DNA of 32,000 bases, taken from Pseudoalteromonas tetraodonis (GTDB taxonomy: Bacteria; Pseudomonadota; Gammaproteobacteria; Enterobacterales; Alteromonadaceae). Positions 17,743-26,790 of this stretch are shown in pieces; the first letter of the stretch is position 1; each line of letters opens with the position of its first letter. The position numbers and the translations under genes are program-made. The notes below the pieces were generated by a model that made no database searches, was not told the DNA's origin, and saw only the letters and a list, made by a program, of their open reading frames with translations. The stretch spans positions 2,790,001 through 2,822,000 of the forward strand of contig NZ_CP011041.1 of the NCBI RefSeq assembly GCF_002310835.1, read 5' to 3'.

Positions 17743-19566
17743 ATGAATACACTAACTCCTTCTCCTAATACGCTTGTGCGTAAACCCGAAACTGTACTCA
17801 AACAAGTGTTTGGTTACAGTGAATTTCGCGACGGTCAAAGTGCAGTAATTGATGCCGCTATTAATGGCCAAGATTCATTAGTATTACTGCCCACCGGTGG
17901 TGGTAAATCGGTGTGTTACCAAATACCCGCGTTGGTATTAGAGGGAGTCACCATTGTTATTTCTCCGCTGATCTCTTTAATGCAAGATCAAGTCACCCAG
18001 TTACAAGCACTGGGAGTTAAGGCCGCTTATGTCAATAACAGCCTAGCTCGCGAAGAACAACAATTAGTGTATCAGCAATTGCATCAAGGGCTGATAAAGC
18101 TACTTTATGTAGCTCCTGAAAAAGTGCTACAACGCGACTTTTTAGAGCGGCTCTCTCATTTGAATGTGAGCTTGTTTGCTATTGATGAAGCACACTGTGT
18201 TTCTCATTGGGGTCACGATTTTAGACCGCATTATTTTCGTTTAAATGAGCTTAAACAACGCTTTGCACATGTGCCTATGATGGCACTCACTGCCACTGCC
18301 GATAAAGCGACTCGCTTTGATATTGTTGAGCAACTCAAGCTACAACAGCCCTACATTCATACCGGCAGTTTTGATCGCCCTAATATTCGTTACACCATAG
18401 AAGAAAAATTTAAACCTATGGTGCAATTACTACGTTATTTGAAAGAGCAAAAAAATCAAAGCGGTATTATTTATTGCACCAGCCGCAAGCGAGTTGATGA
18501 CATTGCTGAAAAGCTTGCCGATGCAGGTCTTAATGCGGCGGCTTATCATGCGGGAATGAGCAACGAACAGCGTCAATTTGTGCAAACTGGATTTGCCCGC
18601 GACGATATTCAAATTGTGGTTGCCACCGTTGCCTTTGGTATGGGAATTAACAAGCCTAACGTACGTTTTGTATTACATTACGACATTCCAAAAAGTATTG
18701 AAGCGTATTATCAGGAAACCGGTCGCGCTGGACGTGATGGACTCGCTGCAGAAGCCATTATGTATTTTGACCCCGCTGATATAGGTCGGGTTAGACGCTT
18801 TTTTGAAGATATTGACGATGAACAACGCCGCCGCGTAGAAGAGCAGCGCTTTAATGCCATGGCCAGCTTTGCCGAAGCACAAACGTGTCGTCGTCAAATA
18901 TTATTGAACTACTTTAGTGAGTACCAACGCGAGCCCTGTGGGAACTGTGACATTTGCTTAAATCCACCTAAAAGTTTTGATGGCACATTAGTCGCACAGC
19001 AAGCGCTTTCATGTGTGTATCGCGCGCAACAACGATTTGGATTGGGTTACATTGTAGAGTTATTACGCGGCGCGAATACTAGCCGCATTCGTGATAACAA
19101 TCACCATGAACTTAGTACCTATGGCATAGGTAAAGATAAAAGCAGTGAATTTTGGCTTAGTATTTTACGCCAACTTATTCATCAAGGGCTATTAAGCCAA
19201 GATATAACCCAAGGCGCTTCATTGCGTTTAACTGAAGCTGCACGCGCTATTTTAAAAGGTGAATATGCGCTGCAATTGGCCGAGCCTCGCTTACAAGCTA
19301 AACACGTTTATCAGGATAAATTAGCGCAGTTTAATTACGATAAAAAACTATTCGCTCGCCTGCGTGCATTGCGTAAAGAGTTAGCCGATGCCGATGATGT
19401 GCCGCCTTATGTAGTATTTAACGATAAAACGCTAGCCGAAATGGCGCAGCTTATGCCCACTAACGACAGTGAATTTTTAAAAGTGTCGGGGGTTGGTTTT
19501 ACTAAATTAAACAAGTATGGCGGTGAGTTTTTAACCGCAATCCGACATTACCTAGCAACGCAATAA
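17743..19566 (+). CDS. recQ: ATP-dependent DNA helicase RecQ
   Basis: FGYSEFRDGQ, LPTGGGKS, DEAHCVSHWGHDFRP, a Zn-finger CGNCDIC, and a C-terminal HRDC domain (VPPYVVFNDKTLAEMA). 607 aa. Confidence 0.95.
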   Translation: MNTLTPSPNTLVRKPETVLKQVFGYSEFRDGQSAVIDAAINGQDSLVLLPTGGGKSVCYQIPALVLEGVTIVISPLISLMQDQVTQLQALGVKAAYVNNSLAREEQQLVYQQLHQGLIKLLYVAPEKVLQRDFLERLSHLNVSLFAIDEAHCVSHWGHDFRPHYFRLNELKQRFAHVPMMALTATADKATRFDIVEQLKLQQPYIHTGSFDRPNIRYTIEEKFKPMVQLLRYLKEQKNQSGIIYCTSRKRVDDIAEKLADAGLNAAAYHAGMSNEQRQFVQTGFARDDIQIVVATVAFGMGINKPNVRFVLHYDIPKSIEAYYQETGRAGRDGLAAEAIMYFDPADIGRVRRFFEDIDDEQRRRVEEQRFNAMASFAEAQTCRRQILLNYFSEYQREPCGNCDICLNPPKSFDGTLVAQQALSCVYRAQQRFGLGYIVELLRGANTSRIRDNNHHELSTYGIGKDKSSEFWLSILRQLIHQGLLSQDITQGASLRLTEAARAILKGEYALQLAEPRLQAKHVYQDKLAQFNYDKKLFARLRALRKELADADDVPPYVVFNDKTLAEMAQLMPTNDSEFLKVSGVGFTKLNKYGGEFLTAIRHYLATQ

Positions 19567-19573
19567 GCCCCTT

Positions 19574-19858
19574 ATGACCGAACTTGAATACGATCACACA
19601 CATCAATGTATTATTATTAAACCGACAGAGCTGCCGCACGATGAAGACTTTGAATTGTGGGGAACGTTATTTTTGCACAGCGATGAAATTAGCATTAATG
19701 AGTATGCCGCTGGGGCAGATCGTCATCAACTGCGTTTTAACTATGCTAACCACACATTTAATTTAAATTTTGAGCATTACAGCCAAAGTGTGTGGATTAA
19801 TGGTGAAGGACAAGATGCCGACAACCTATTGGCAGCGTTAACATTTTATTTAACTTAA
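19574..19858 (+). CDS. Small acidic hypothetical protein (94 aa), probably co-transcribed with recQ
   Basis: The ATG lies 8 nt after the recQ stop and no terminator intervenes. No motif that I can assign. The coding call rests on ORF length, context and composition only. Confidence 0.5.
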   Translation: MTELEYDHTHQCIIIKPTELPHDEDFELWGTLFLHSDEISINEYAAGADRHQLRFNYANHTFNLNFEHYSQSVWINGEGQDADNLLAALTFYLT

Positions 19859-19986
19859 ATGCATAGCTAATACCTTATAATCGCTATAAAAATAAAACTA
19901 AATCTGTCTTTTACTTACATATCAATAACAATGATGTAAGCTAAGGGTAAGTGTTTTATTTTGCAAAATAGCGCTAAAGAGGATCA

Positions 19987-21705
19987 ATGTTAAATAGAAA
20001 ATGGATTGCACGTAGTTGTTTTAGCCTTTCTATTTCGAGTATGTTTATGCTCAGCGTTTGCGCGCAAGAAGCGCCACTAGCCCAAAGCTGCCCTAGTGAC
20101 GACTCATCACAAACTCATGAAAATAATTTGCGTCGTCAAATTACATCTCAAACTCCAACACTCACAGCACAAAGTAACACTAAAATTGCCTCCATCACTT
20201 TGCAACAGCTTAATGTATTTAATACTGAACTAGAGGCTGAGAACAATGCATTATTTCGTTTTGCCAATCGAGCACACATACAAACCGAGCCTGAGGTAAT
20301 TAAGAGTATTTTACTGTTTAAGTCAGGCGATACCTTTAATCCAAAAGCGCTGGCCGAATCTGAGCGGTTACTGAGAAAACAAAGTTATTTATATGATGCA
20401 CAAATTATTGCTGACGAAAATTGTGATGGAAATATTGATGTAACAGTAATTACTCGAGACTTATGGACTTTACTGCCCGAACTTAGTTTTAGCCGTAGTG
20501 GTGGTGAAAATAAATCAAGTATTGGTTTTCGCGAATCTAACTTATTTGGTTGGGGCAAACGGTTATCGTTTGCACGTAAAACAGACAGTGACCGAAATGG
20601 TTATTTATTTGTTTACGATGATCCTAATATCTTATCAACTCGCTACCGAGGGCGTTTAGAGTATGCCGACAATAGTGACGGTAAAAGTCATTTAGTTGAA
20701 CTAACCTACCCGTTTTATGCCATCGATACGCCCTATAGTTATGGCGCCCTGAGTTACTCAACCCAACGAGAAGAAGCCTTATACATCAGAGGTGAAAAGT
20801 TTAGTGAGTTTGAACAAAAAACCGACCTAAACCAGGTGTTTTTTGGCCATTCTAAAGCCCTTAGTCATAACTGGACCCAGCGCTTGAGCCTTGGTTATAT
20901 TGATGAGCAACACACTTTCAAAGCGATTGATTCTACCACTACAGCAGTGGCTGAAAACAGAAGCTTAAGTTACCCCTACATCAGCGGCCATTGGTTTGAA
21001 GATAACTTTATAAAAGTACGTAACTTTGACAGTATTTATCGTACTGAGGATTTAAATTTAGGCTGGAATATCAAAGCCACCCTGGGCTACTCCGATGAAT
21101 CAATGAGTAACGACGATAGCCGCGCTGTGTACTCGTTTAATTTTAACAAAGCCCATTTTAGCACTAACCATACCCTTTGGCGTTTTCATGCAGATATTCA
21201 AGGCTATTGGAATAACGAGAAAAAACAGCTCGAAAACTTGCTCACTACTAGCCAAATTCAATATTATTTAAATACCAGTATTGATCAATCTTGGTATGTA
21301 AAAGCAAGGCTGCAATACGCAAAAAACCTCACTAATGATAAACAGCTCACCCTAGGGGGCGAAACTGGACTTCGTGGCTATCCTATGGAATTTCAACATG
21401 GGGATCGGAGTTTTTTAGTCACTTTAGAAAAGCGCTATTACTGGGAATATGACTTACTACAGCTGTTTAAAGTGGGAGGGGCGGCCTTTTTAGATATTGG
21501 TCGAGCTTGGTATAACAACGACTCGAACACTCAGTATCAAGTTGAGAACACCCCAGTGCTAAAAAATGTGGGCTTAGGTTTGCGCCTTGCGCCAAGTCGC
21601 GCCAATGCGGGTACCATGATCCACCTTGATATAGCCGCGCCACTAAATAAATATGATGATGTTGACTCGGTACAATGGCTGCTCAGCGTCAAAAATTCTT
21701 TTTAA
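19987..21705 (+). CDS. Omp85/BamA-superfamily outer-membrane beta-barrel protein with a single POTRA-like domain
   Basis: Signal peptide (..MFMLSVCA/QE). POTRA-like segment IASITLQQLNVF...IKSILLFKSGDTFNPKALAESERLLRKQSYLYDAQI. C-terminal surface-antigen-type barrel with GGETGLRGYP, ending in ...SVKNSF. GAGGA Shine-Dalgarno. Confidence 0.7.
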   Translation: MLNRKWIARSCFSLSISSMFMLSVCAQEAPLAQSCPSDDSSQTHENNLRRQITSQTPTLTAQSNTKIASITLQQLNVFNTELEAENNALFRFANRAHIQTEPEVIKSILLFKSGDTFNPKALAESERLLRKQSYLYDAQIIADENCDGNIDVTVITRDLWTLLPELSFSRSGGENKSSIGFRESNLFGWGKRLSFARKTDSDRNGYLFVYDDPNILSTRYRGRLEYADNSDGKSHLVELTYPFYAIDTPYSYGALSYSTQREEALYIRGEKFSEFEQKTDLNQVFFGHSKALSHNWTQRLSLGYIDEQHTFKAIDSTTTAVAENRSLSYPYISGHWFEDNFIKVRNFDSIYRTEDLNLGWNIKATLGYSDESMSNDDSRAVYSFNFNKAHFSTNHTLWRFHADIQGYWNNEKKQLENLLTTSQIQYYLNTSIDQSWYVKARLQYAKNLTNDKQLTLGGETGLRGYPMEFQHGDRSFLVTLEKRYYWEYDLLQLFKVGGAAFLDIGRAWYNNDSNTQYQVENTPVLKNVGLGLRLAPSRANAGTMIHLDIAAPLNKYDDVDSVQWLLSVKNSF

Positions 21706-21770
21706 AATCACTACTGCGCGCCTACGTTAAACGTTACACTTTGCGCCTATCATTATTGTGAGAATACATT

Positions 21771-22346
21771 TTGGAATTAATCACCCTTTTAGAGCTTTTG
21801 GGCACACAATATAAACTTATCGTGACCGTGATTGCCCTTTTGAGCTTTCCGCTACTATTAAAAGTAACTAAAAAATTACTCGAAAAAGCTATCAGAGGTA
21901 AAATCGATTTACACCGAAAGTACCGTGCAGAGCTACTACTAAAAATAATACTCGCCTTTGTGATGCTGTGTTTAGTATTAGTTTTTTGGGGAATAGAACT
22001 GCGTGGTTTACTGGTATTAGGCTCTTCTTTATTTGCCATGCTAGGCGTTGCACTCTTTGCGGCGTGGTCATTGCTGAGTAACTTAACCGCGTTTTTACTG
22101 ATGTTTATTCAAAATGACTGCCGTGTAGGTTATTGGGTGAGAATTGTGGATGGAGCTAACGCCATTGAAGGGCGTATTATCGAAATGGGGCTGATGAATG
22201 TCTTACTCGAACACGTTGATGGCCACAGAGTGATTTACCCTAATAACTTATTTGTTACCCGCCCGGTGTTAGTGCTTAATACGGAGCCTAAACCAACAAA
22301 AGCACCTAAAATTAAACGCATTATTGGCCCTAAACCGCGTAGCTAA
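21771..22346 (+). CDS. Truncated MscS-like mechanosensitive-channel-domain protein (191 aa)
   Basis: Two N-terminal TM segments plus an MscS pore-helix/beta-domain pattern (SLLSNLTAFLLMFIQNDCRVGYWVRI..GRIIEMGLMNVLLE...YPNNLF). There is no C-terminal alpha/beta domain, and the tail is Lys/Pro-rich. TTG start with no in-frame ATG before TM1, so the start is uncertain. Confidence 0.6.
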   Translation: MELITLLELLGTQYKLIVTVIALLSFPLLLKVTKKLLEKAIRGKIDLHRKYRAELLLKIILAFVMLCLVLVFWGIELRGLLVLGSSLFAMLGVALFAAWSLLSNLTAFLLMFIQNDCRVGYWVRIVDGANAIEGRIIEMGLMNVLLEHVDGHRVIYPNNLFVTRPVLVLNTEPKPTKAPKIKRIIGPKPRS

Positions 22347-22360
22347 ACAACACCTATTAA

Positions 22361-22396
22361 AAAACCGCGTTAGCTTAAAACTAAGGCGGTTTTTTA
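22361..22396. terminator. Terminator after the MscS-like gene, possibly bidirectional with the AstE-like gene
   Basis: AAAACCGCGTTAG-cttaaaa-CTAAGGCGGTTTT followed by TT. Confidence 0.7.
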
Positions 22397-22444
22397 TATC
22401 TACAGATAGAGTCATACCAATTCACTTAATTGAGCAAATTGGTA

Positions 22445-23530
22445 TTAATTATTTAGTTCAGCCGTTTTCAGCTCATCATCTAAATCATTTATCTCATCAA
22501 TAAACGTTTCTAACTGCTGCTCTACCAAACTATTTGCATGCGCAAAATAAGCAATATGGAATACGGCATCGCCTTCATTTACCAGTGGCATAGTTTGCTG
22601 GCCAATAATAATACCACTTCGAGGAGCAAGGAGTTCAAGTTCTGAATCGCCAAGCGGACTGCTAATATAAGCAAGCACTTGCCCTTTCATTACTCGCTCA
22701 CCTAACGATACTTGCGCTCTTACTATGCCGTCTACTTCAGCACGCACCCAACTAGTGGAGCTTGCAATCACAGGATCAGGCAGTTTTTTAGGGCGTTTAC
22801 CGCGTATCATTTTTAAATGCCGCATCACATAATCAACCCCTTGCACGCCTGCAGCAATCGCAATAGGGTCAAAGCGCAGTGCTTCACCCGCCTCATAAGT
22901 AATAACAGGTATACCTAAATTCGCGGCTTCACTACGCAGCGAGCCATTACGTAATGACGCATCTATAACCGCAGGCGTACCAAAGGCTTTAGCCATTTGC
23001 GCTGTTGCTTCATCGGCTAAATTAGCACGAATTTGCGGTAAGTTAGTACGGTGAATCGCCCCCGTATGCAAATCAATAATATGCGTACAATGCACAGCTA
23101 CTTGGTTAAAAAACATATACGCCATGCGACCTGCTAATGAACCACGCTCAGACCCCGGAAAACTCCGGTTCATATCGCGGCGATCGGGCAGATAACGCGA
23201 TTTATGAATAAAACCAAATACATTCACAATCGGAACCGCAATTAATGTACCACGCAGCTGATTAGGGTCGATTTTAGCCAGTAACTGGCGCACAACCTCA
23301 ACCCCATTTAGTTCGTCGCCGTGTATAGCCGCACACACCATCAATACAGGGCCTTCCATTACACCGTTAACCACTTCAATAGGAATATTAAGCGGTGAAT
23401 GAGTGTAAAGCTTTGCAGCTTCTAGCGCGAGTGTTTTACGTTCACCTACACCAATACTTTCACCTAATAGGGTGAAAGGTCGGTTAATTTTAACCTTTGC
23501 CACGAGTTGCCGTTCCTTTACTTGCAGCAT
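22445..23530 (-). CDS. Succinylglutamate desuccinylase/aspartoacylase (AstE-AspA) family zinc deacylase
   Basis: [10 protein letters not shown] (Zn ligands), DLH.G, and a C-terminal beta-domain. Possible starts are TTG 23548, ATG 23530 and GTG 23503; all of them overlap the rimK 3' end by 14-59 nt. Confidence 0.75.
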   Translation of the reverse strand: MLQVKERQLVAKVKINRPFTLLGESIGVGERKTLALEAAKLYTHSPLNIPIEVVNGVMEGPVLMVCAAIHGDELNGVEVVRQLLAKIDPNQLRGTLIAVPIVNVFGFIHKSRYLPDRRDMNRSFPGSERGSLAGRMAYMFFNQVAVHCTHIIDLHTGAIHRTNLPQIRANLADEATAQMAKAFGTPAVIDASLRNGSLRSEAANLGIPVITYEAGEALRFDPIAIAAGVQGVDYVMRHLKMIRGKRPKKLPDPVIASSTSWVRAEVDGIVRAQVSLGERVMKGQVLAYISSPLGDSELELLAPRSGIIIGQQTMPLVNEGDAVFHIAYFAHANSLVEQQLETFIDEINDLDDELKTAELNN

Positions 23531-24395
23531 TTTTCTCGATGAAATCAATCACCATGCCCGCAATATCTTTACCTGTTGCCACTTCAATCCCTTCAAGGCC
23601 TGGCGATGAATTTACTTCCATAACCAAAGGACCACGAGATGAGCGAAGTAAGTCAACGCCAGCAACGTTTAAGCCCATTGCTTTTGCCGCTGCAACCGCT
23701 GTTTTACGCTCTTCTGGCGTAATACGCACCAGTGTAGCGCTACCACCACGGTGAAGGTTTGAGCGGAACTCGCCTTCCTGTGCTTGGCGTTTCATTGCAG
23801 CAATCACTTTATCTCCGAGTACAAAACAACGAATATCCGCACCACCCGCTTCTTTAATATATTCTTGTACCATGATATTGGCTTTTAAACCCATAAACGC
23901 TTCAATAACACTTTCAGCCGCTTTACGTGTTTCAGCAAGTACCACACCAATACCTTGAGTGCCCTCAAGTAGCTTAATAACGACCGGTGCGCCACCTACC
24001 ATTTCGAGTAAGTCTTTTACGTCATCTGGCTTGCTAGCAAAGCCTGTTACTGGCATGCCTACGCCTTTGCGTGATAATAATTGTAGAGAACGTAATTTAT
24101 CGCGCGAACGAGAAATAGCCACAGATTCATTAACCGGATAAACACCCATCATTTCAAACTGGCGTAATACAGAACAGCCATAAAAAGTAACTGATGCGCC
24201 AATACGCGGAACAATGGCATCAAAATCTTTTAGGTTTTCGCCGCGGTAATGGATTTCAGGTTGATCTGAGTTTATATTCATATAACAACGTAGCGCGTTA
24301 ATCACTTTTACTTCATGACCACGTTGCTCAGCCGCTTCAATTAAACGACGCGTTGAATATAAATTTTTGTTGCGAGATAAAATACCAATTTTCAT
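23490..24395 (-). CDS. rimK: Ribosomal protein S6 L-glutamate ligase RimK (ATP-grasp)
   Basis: [16 protein letters not shown]..., ATP-grasp motifs ([40 protein letters not shown]). I chose the start at ATG 24395 (AAGG Shine-Dalgarno) rather than the ORF-track start at 24431. Confidence 0.9.
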   Translation of the reverse strand: MKIGILSRNKNLYSTRRLIEAAEQRGHEVKVINALRCYMNINSDQPEIHYRGENLKDFDAIVPRIGASVTFYGCSVLRQFEMMGVYPVNESVAISRSRDKLRSLQLLSRKGVGMPVTGFASKPDDVKDLLEMVGGAPVVIKLLEGTQGIGVVLAETRKAAESVIEAFMGLKANIMVQEYIKEAGGADIRCFVLGDKVIAAMKRQAQEGEFRSNLHRGGSATLVRITPEERKTAVAAAKAMGLNVAGVDLLRSSRGPLVMEVNSSPGLEGIEVATGKDIAGMVIDFIEKNAASKGTATRGKG

Positions 24396-24461
24396 AGTTA
24401 AAACCTTAACTAAATTATGTTGAGCAAGCACATATAAGTATGTTTGCTACTCAAGTAATTC

Positions 24462-24884
24462 TTATAATAAATGTGATAAAGCCGGATCAACGACTATACG
24501 ATTTTCCATAGCTGTGCGTCCTAATAACATTCTAAACTTCATTGACGCACGACTTGTTAATGTAATTTCTATTGGCCAACTAAATTCGCCAGCATGTAAT
24601 GTAGTTTCAATAAAGTAACGCAATTCTTTTTGGCCACTAGAGCTGGTAACGTACTTCATTTTTTTAACTTTGGCATTGCAGGTAATTTGCGTTTGCTCGT
24701 CTTCTTGCAATGGTTGGGCTATAAATTTAACCCATTTTTCGCCTTCCACTTCATATTCTTCAATATTAATTGCATGAATACAGGAAGTACGCGCACCGGT
24801 ATCTATTTTTGCTTTAATTTGCTCGATGCCCAGCTCGGGTAAACTCAACCACTCACGCCAACCAACTGTTATTTTTGTCGTCAT
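24462..24884 (-). CDS. Retropepsin-like protease of the DUF785 family (often annotated ATP-dependent zinc protease), RimB-like
   Basis: 140 aa. WREW..LPELGI..IKAKIDTGARTSCIHA has the D-T/S-G aspartic-protease-like motif typical of the family encoded upstream of rimK. Confidence 0.75.
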   Translation of the reverse strand: MTTKITVGWREWLSLPELGIEQIKAKIDTGARTSCIHAINIEEYEVEGEKWVKFIAQPLQEDEQTQITCNAKVKKMKYVTSSSGQKELRYFIETTLHAGEFSWPIEITLTSRASMKFRMLLGRTAMENRIVVDPALSHLL

Positions 24885-25108
24885 AAATGTGCCCTTAGTA
24901 AAAAAAGTGTTTTATACGCTACAGCAAATAAAACACCAACAAAATAAATTAATCTACTCGATAAGCCGATTTGATTGACCTTTTAAGTTAACTCGTTTAA
25001 CAATGCAGCTCTTACGTATGCATTTAACCATAAGCTAAAACATAAGTTTTTGTTGCTAAACTCAGTTTAACATATACAAAGTAAAGCTAAATTTTATTTA
25101 TTTAACTA

Positions 25109-25363
25109 GGGTCTGTTGACCTTTACGAATTAATATTTGTTCAAACTAGGGGCAATTTAATCGCGGCGCGAGGTTTGTAACCTAGTGGGCTAAGTAAAAA
25201 TCGAGCAACAAAGAGTTAACTGCCCCTAGGCAGAACCCTTCGGGCAGCGCCTATTTGGCATTGATGCTGTGTTATCGTCTATGTATGGGGAATAACCACA
25301 CTCTGCCTTGCCTAAATACCAAATAGACTGCTGAAAATTTAACCTTGAAAGATAAACAGATCC
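25109..25363 (+). repeat. Copy B (255 bp) of the modular TIR-bounded non-coding repeat
   Basis: It starts GGGTCTGTTGACCTTT and ends AAACAGATCC. Hand alignment to the reverse complement of 2886-3165 gives four shared blocks: 73/83, 16/17, about 29/34 and 45/52 identical. A copy-specific insertion of about 68 nt is present. The element ends 53 nt upstream of the zntB ATG. Confidence 0.75.
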
Positions 25364-25416
25364 TAAATACATTACAGTTAACTGTATTAAAAATATACTA
25401 TCGATGAGAAATTATT

Positions 25417-26388
25417 ATGATTAATGGCTTACTTCATGCGCTTATTCTTGATGAAAAAGGCGGTGCACGCCCCATAGAAAACAGCAAGCAATTACACCAA
25501 TGGCAACCTACTGATGGAAAACTGTGGGTGCATATGGACTACAGCCAAACAGATGCGGTGGATTGGTTAAAAAACTGCGGGCTGTTAAACGACTATGAAC
25601 TGGAATCACTCACTGCTGATGAAACGCGTCCACGAATAACGCCAACAACTAATGGCCATATGTTATTTTTACGCGGGATCAACTTAAACCCAGCACAAAG
25701 CCCTGAAGACATGGTATCTATTCGGTTATTTATAAATAACGATGTGGTGATCACCACGCGTAAGCGCCGATTATTATCAGTGCAAGATATTCTAGCCTCG
25801 TTGAATAATAATGAGGGACCATGCAGTATTTCTGAATTGGTGTGTACATTAGCGCACAAGCTCACTTCACGTATGCAAACAGTAATTGATGAGCTAGATG
25901 AAAGCTTAGATGATTTTGAAGAGGAAATTGATGAGCCCAGTAAAAAGTTTGATAACCAAGGCTTGTCGCAACTTCGCCGTCAAACCATCGCGCTAAAACG
26001 TTACTTAAAACCACAAAAAGAAGCACTCAGTAGCATGGTTAATAATCATTACCCATGGCTTTTTGACGATGATAAAGCCAAGCTAAATGAAACCACCAAT
26101 TTACTTATTCGCTATTTAGAAGAGCTCGATAGTTCAATAGAGCGCGCACTTGTTATCCAACAAACCATTACAAATCAGGTCTCTGAGCAATTAAATCAGC
26201 GGATGTATGTAATGTCGGTGGTAGCTGCTTTATTTTTACCGCTGGGCTTTTTAACGGGATTATTGGGGGTCAATGTCGGCGGTATACCTGGAACAGAAAG
26301 CCCCTATGCATTCACTGCATTTGTGGTGTTTTTAATTGTTTTAACTGGTGGGATTGGTATTTACTTTAAAAATAAAAAGTGGCTGTAA
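25417..26388 (+). CDS. zntB: Zinc transporter ZntB (CorA superfamily)
   Basis: The C-terminal LPLGFLTGLLGVNVGGIPG plus two TM helices, ending KNKKWL, is almost identical in pattern to E. coli ZntB. Confidence 0.85.
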   Translation: MINGLLHALILDEKGGARPIENSKQLHQWQPTDGKLWVHMDYSQTDAVDWLKNCGLLNDYELESLTADETRPRITPTTNGHMLFLRGINLNPAQSPEDMVSIRLFINNDVVITTRKRRLLSVQDILASLNNNEGPCSISELVCTLAHKLTSRMQTVIDELDESLDDFEEEIDEPSKKFDNQGLSQLRRQTIALKRYLKPQKEALSSMVNNHYPWLFDDDKAKLNETTNLLIRYLEELDSSIERALVIQQTITNQVSEQLNQRMYVMSVVAALFLPLGFLTGLLGVNVGGIPGTESPYAFTAFVVFLIVLTGGIGIYFKNKKWL

Positions 26389-26413
26389 TTATAATACAGA
26401 TCCAATAAGACAC

Positions 26414-26442
26414 AAAAAGGCGAACATATTGTTCGCCTTTTG
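26414..26442. terminator. Bidirectional terminator between zntB and rraB
   Basis: AAAAGGCGAAC-atatt-GTTCGCCTTTT. Confidence 0.8.
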
Positions 26443-26454
26443 CATTGGTAATCC

Positions 26455-26790
26455 TTACTCTTGAAAGTAAGTGCCCCAACCGTCGTATTCAACATCGCAT
26501 TCAACAGCAAGTTGCGCGAGTTTGTCAACGTCTTCCATTATCACGTCGACATCTAATTCGGCTTCAACAACAATGTCAAAACTCCAAATTTTTTCACCGT
26601 CTTCAAGCTCAAGTTCTGCTGGCTCTTCTACATCGTAACCTAGTTTAAACGCAGCCAATGCCGCTTGTTCTAACTTAGTAAAGTCTTCACATACAAAGTG
26701 GTGTTCTACTTCATAAAGAATTTCTGGATCGGAACCATCTTCAAGTAGTGAAGTTACGATGTCTTCACTTATTTCACGCCAGTTTTCCAT
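26455..26790 (-). CDS. rraB: Ribonuclease E inhibitor RraB (YjgD)
   Basis: Very acidic 111-aa protein. LLEDGSDP...EVEHHF and DGWGTYF are typical of RraB. Its ATG overlaps the plsC TAA stop (TAATG). Confidence 0.8.
   Translation of the reverse strand: MENWREISEDIVTSLLEDGSDPEILYEVEHHFVCEDFTKLEQAALAAFKLGYDVEEPAELELEDGEKIWSFDIVVEAELDVDVIMEDVDKLAQLAVECDVEYDGWGTYFQE

Noticed and set aside
19584-19766. 60-aa ORF in an alternative frame within the 94-aa recQ-downstream ORF
   Set aside because: It is shorter and nested, lacks a Shine-Dalgarno, and has the composition of an off-frame read.
21734-22039. 101-aa minus-strand ORF overlapping the start of the MscS-like gene
   Set aside because: It is antisense to an ORF with a recognisable MscS pore/beta-domain signature. 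The translation is Ser/Lys-rich and low complexity.
24396-24431. Longer rimK start ([12 protein letters not shown]...)
   Set aside because: RimK homologues begin MKI(A/G)ILS, and an AAGG Shine-Dalgarno precedes ATG 24395.
26445-26648. 67-aa plus-strand ORF opposite rraB
   Set aside because: It is antisense to a well-conserved rraB, and its Arg/Gln/His-rich translation is characteristic of the reverse frame of an acidic protein gene.
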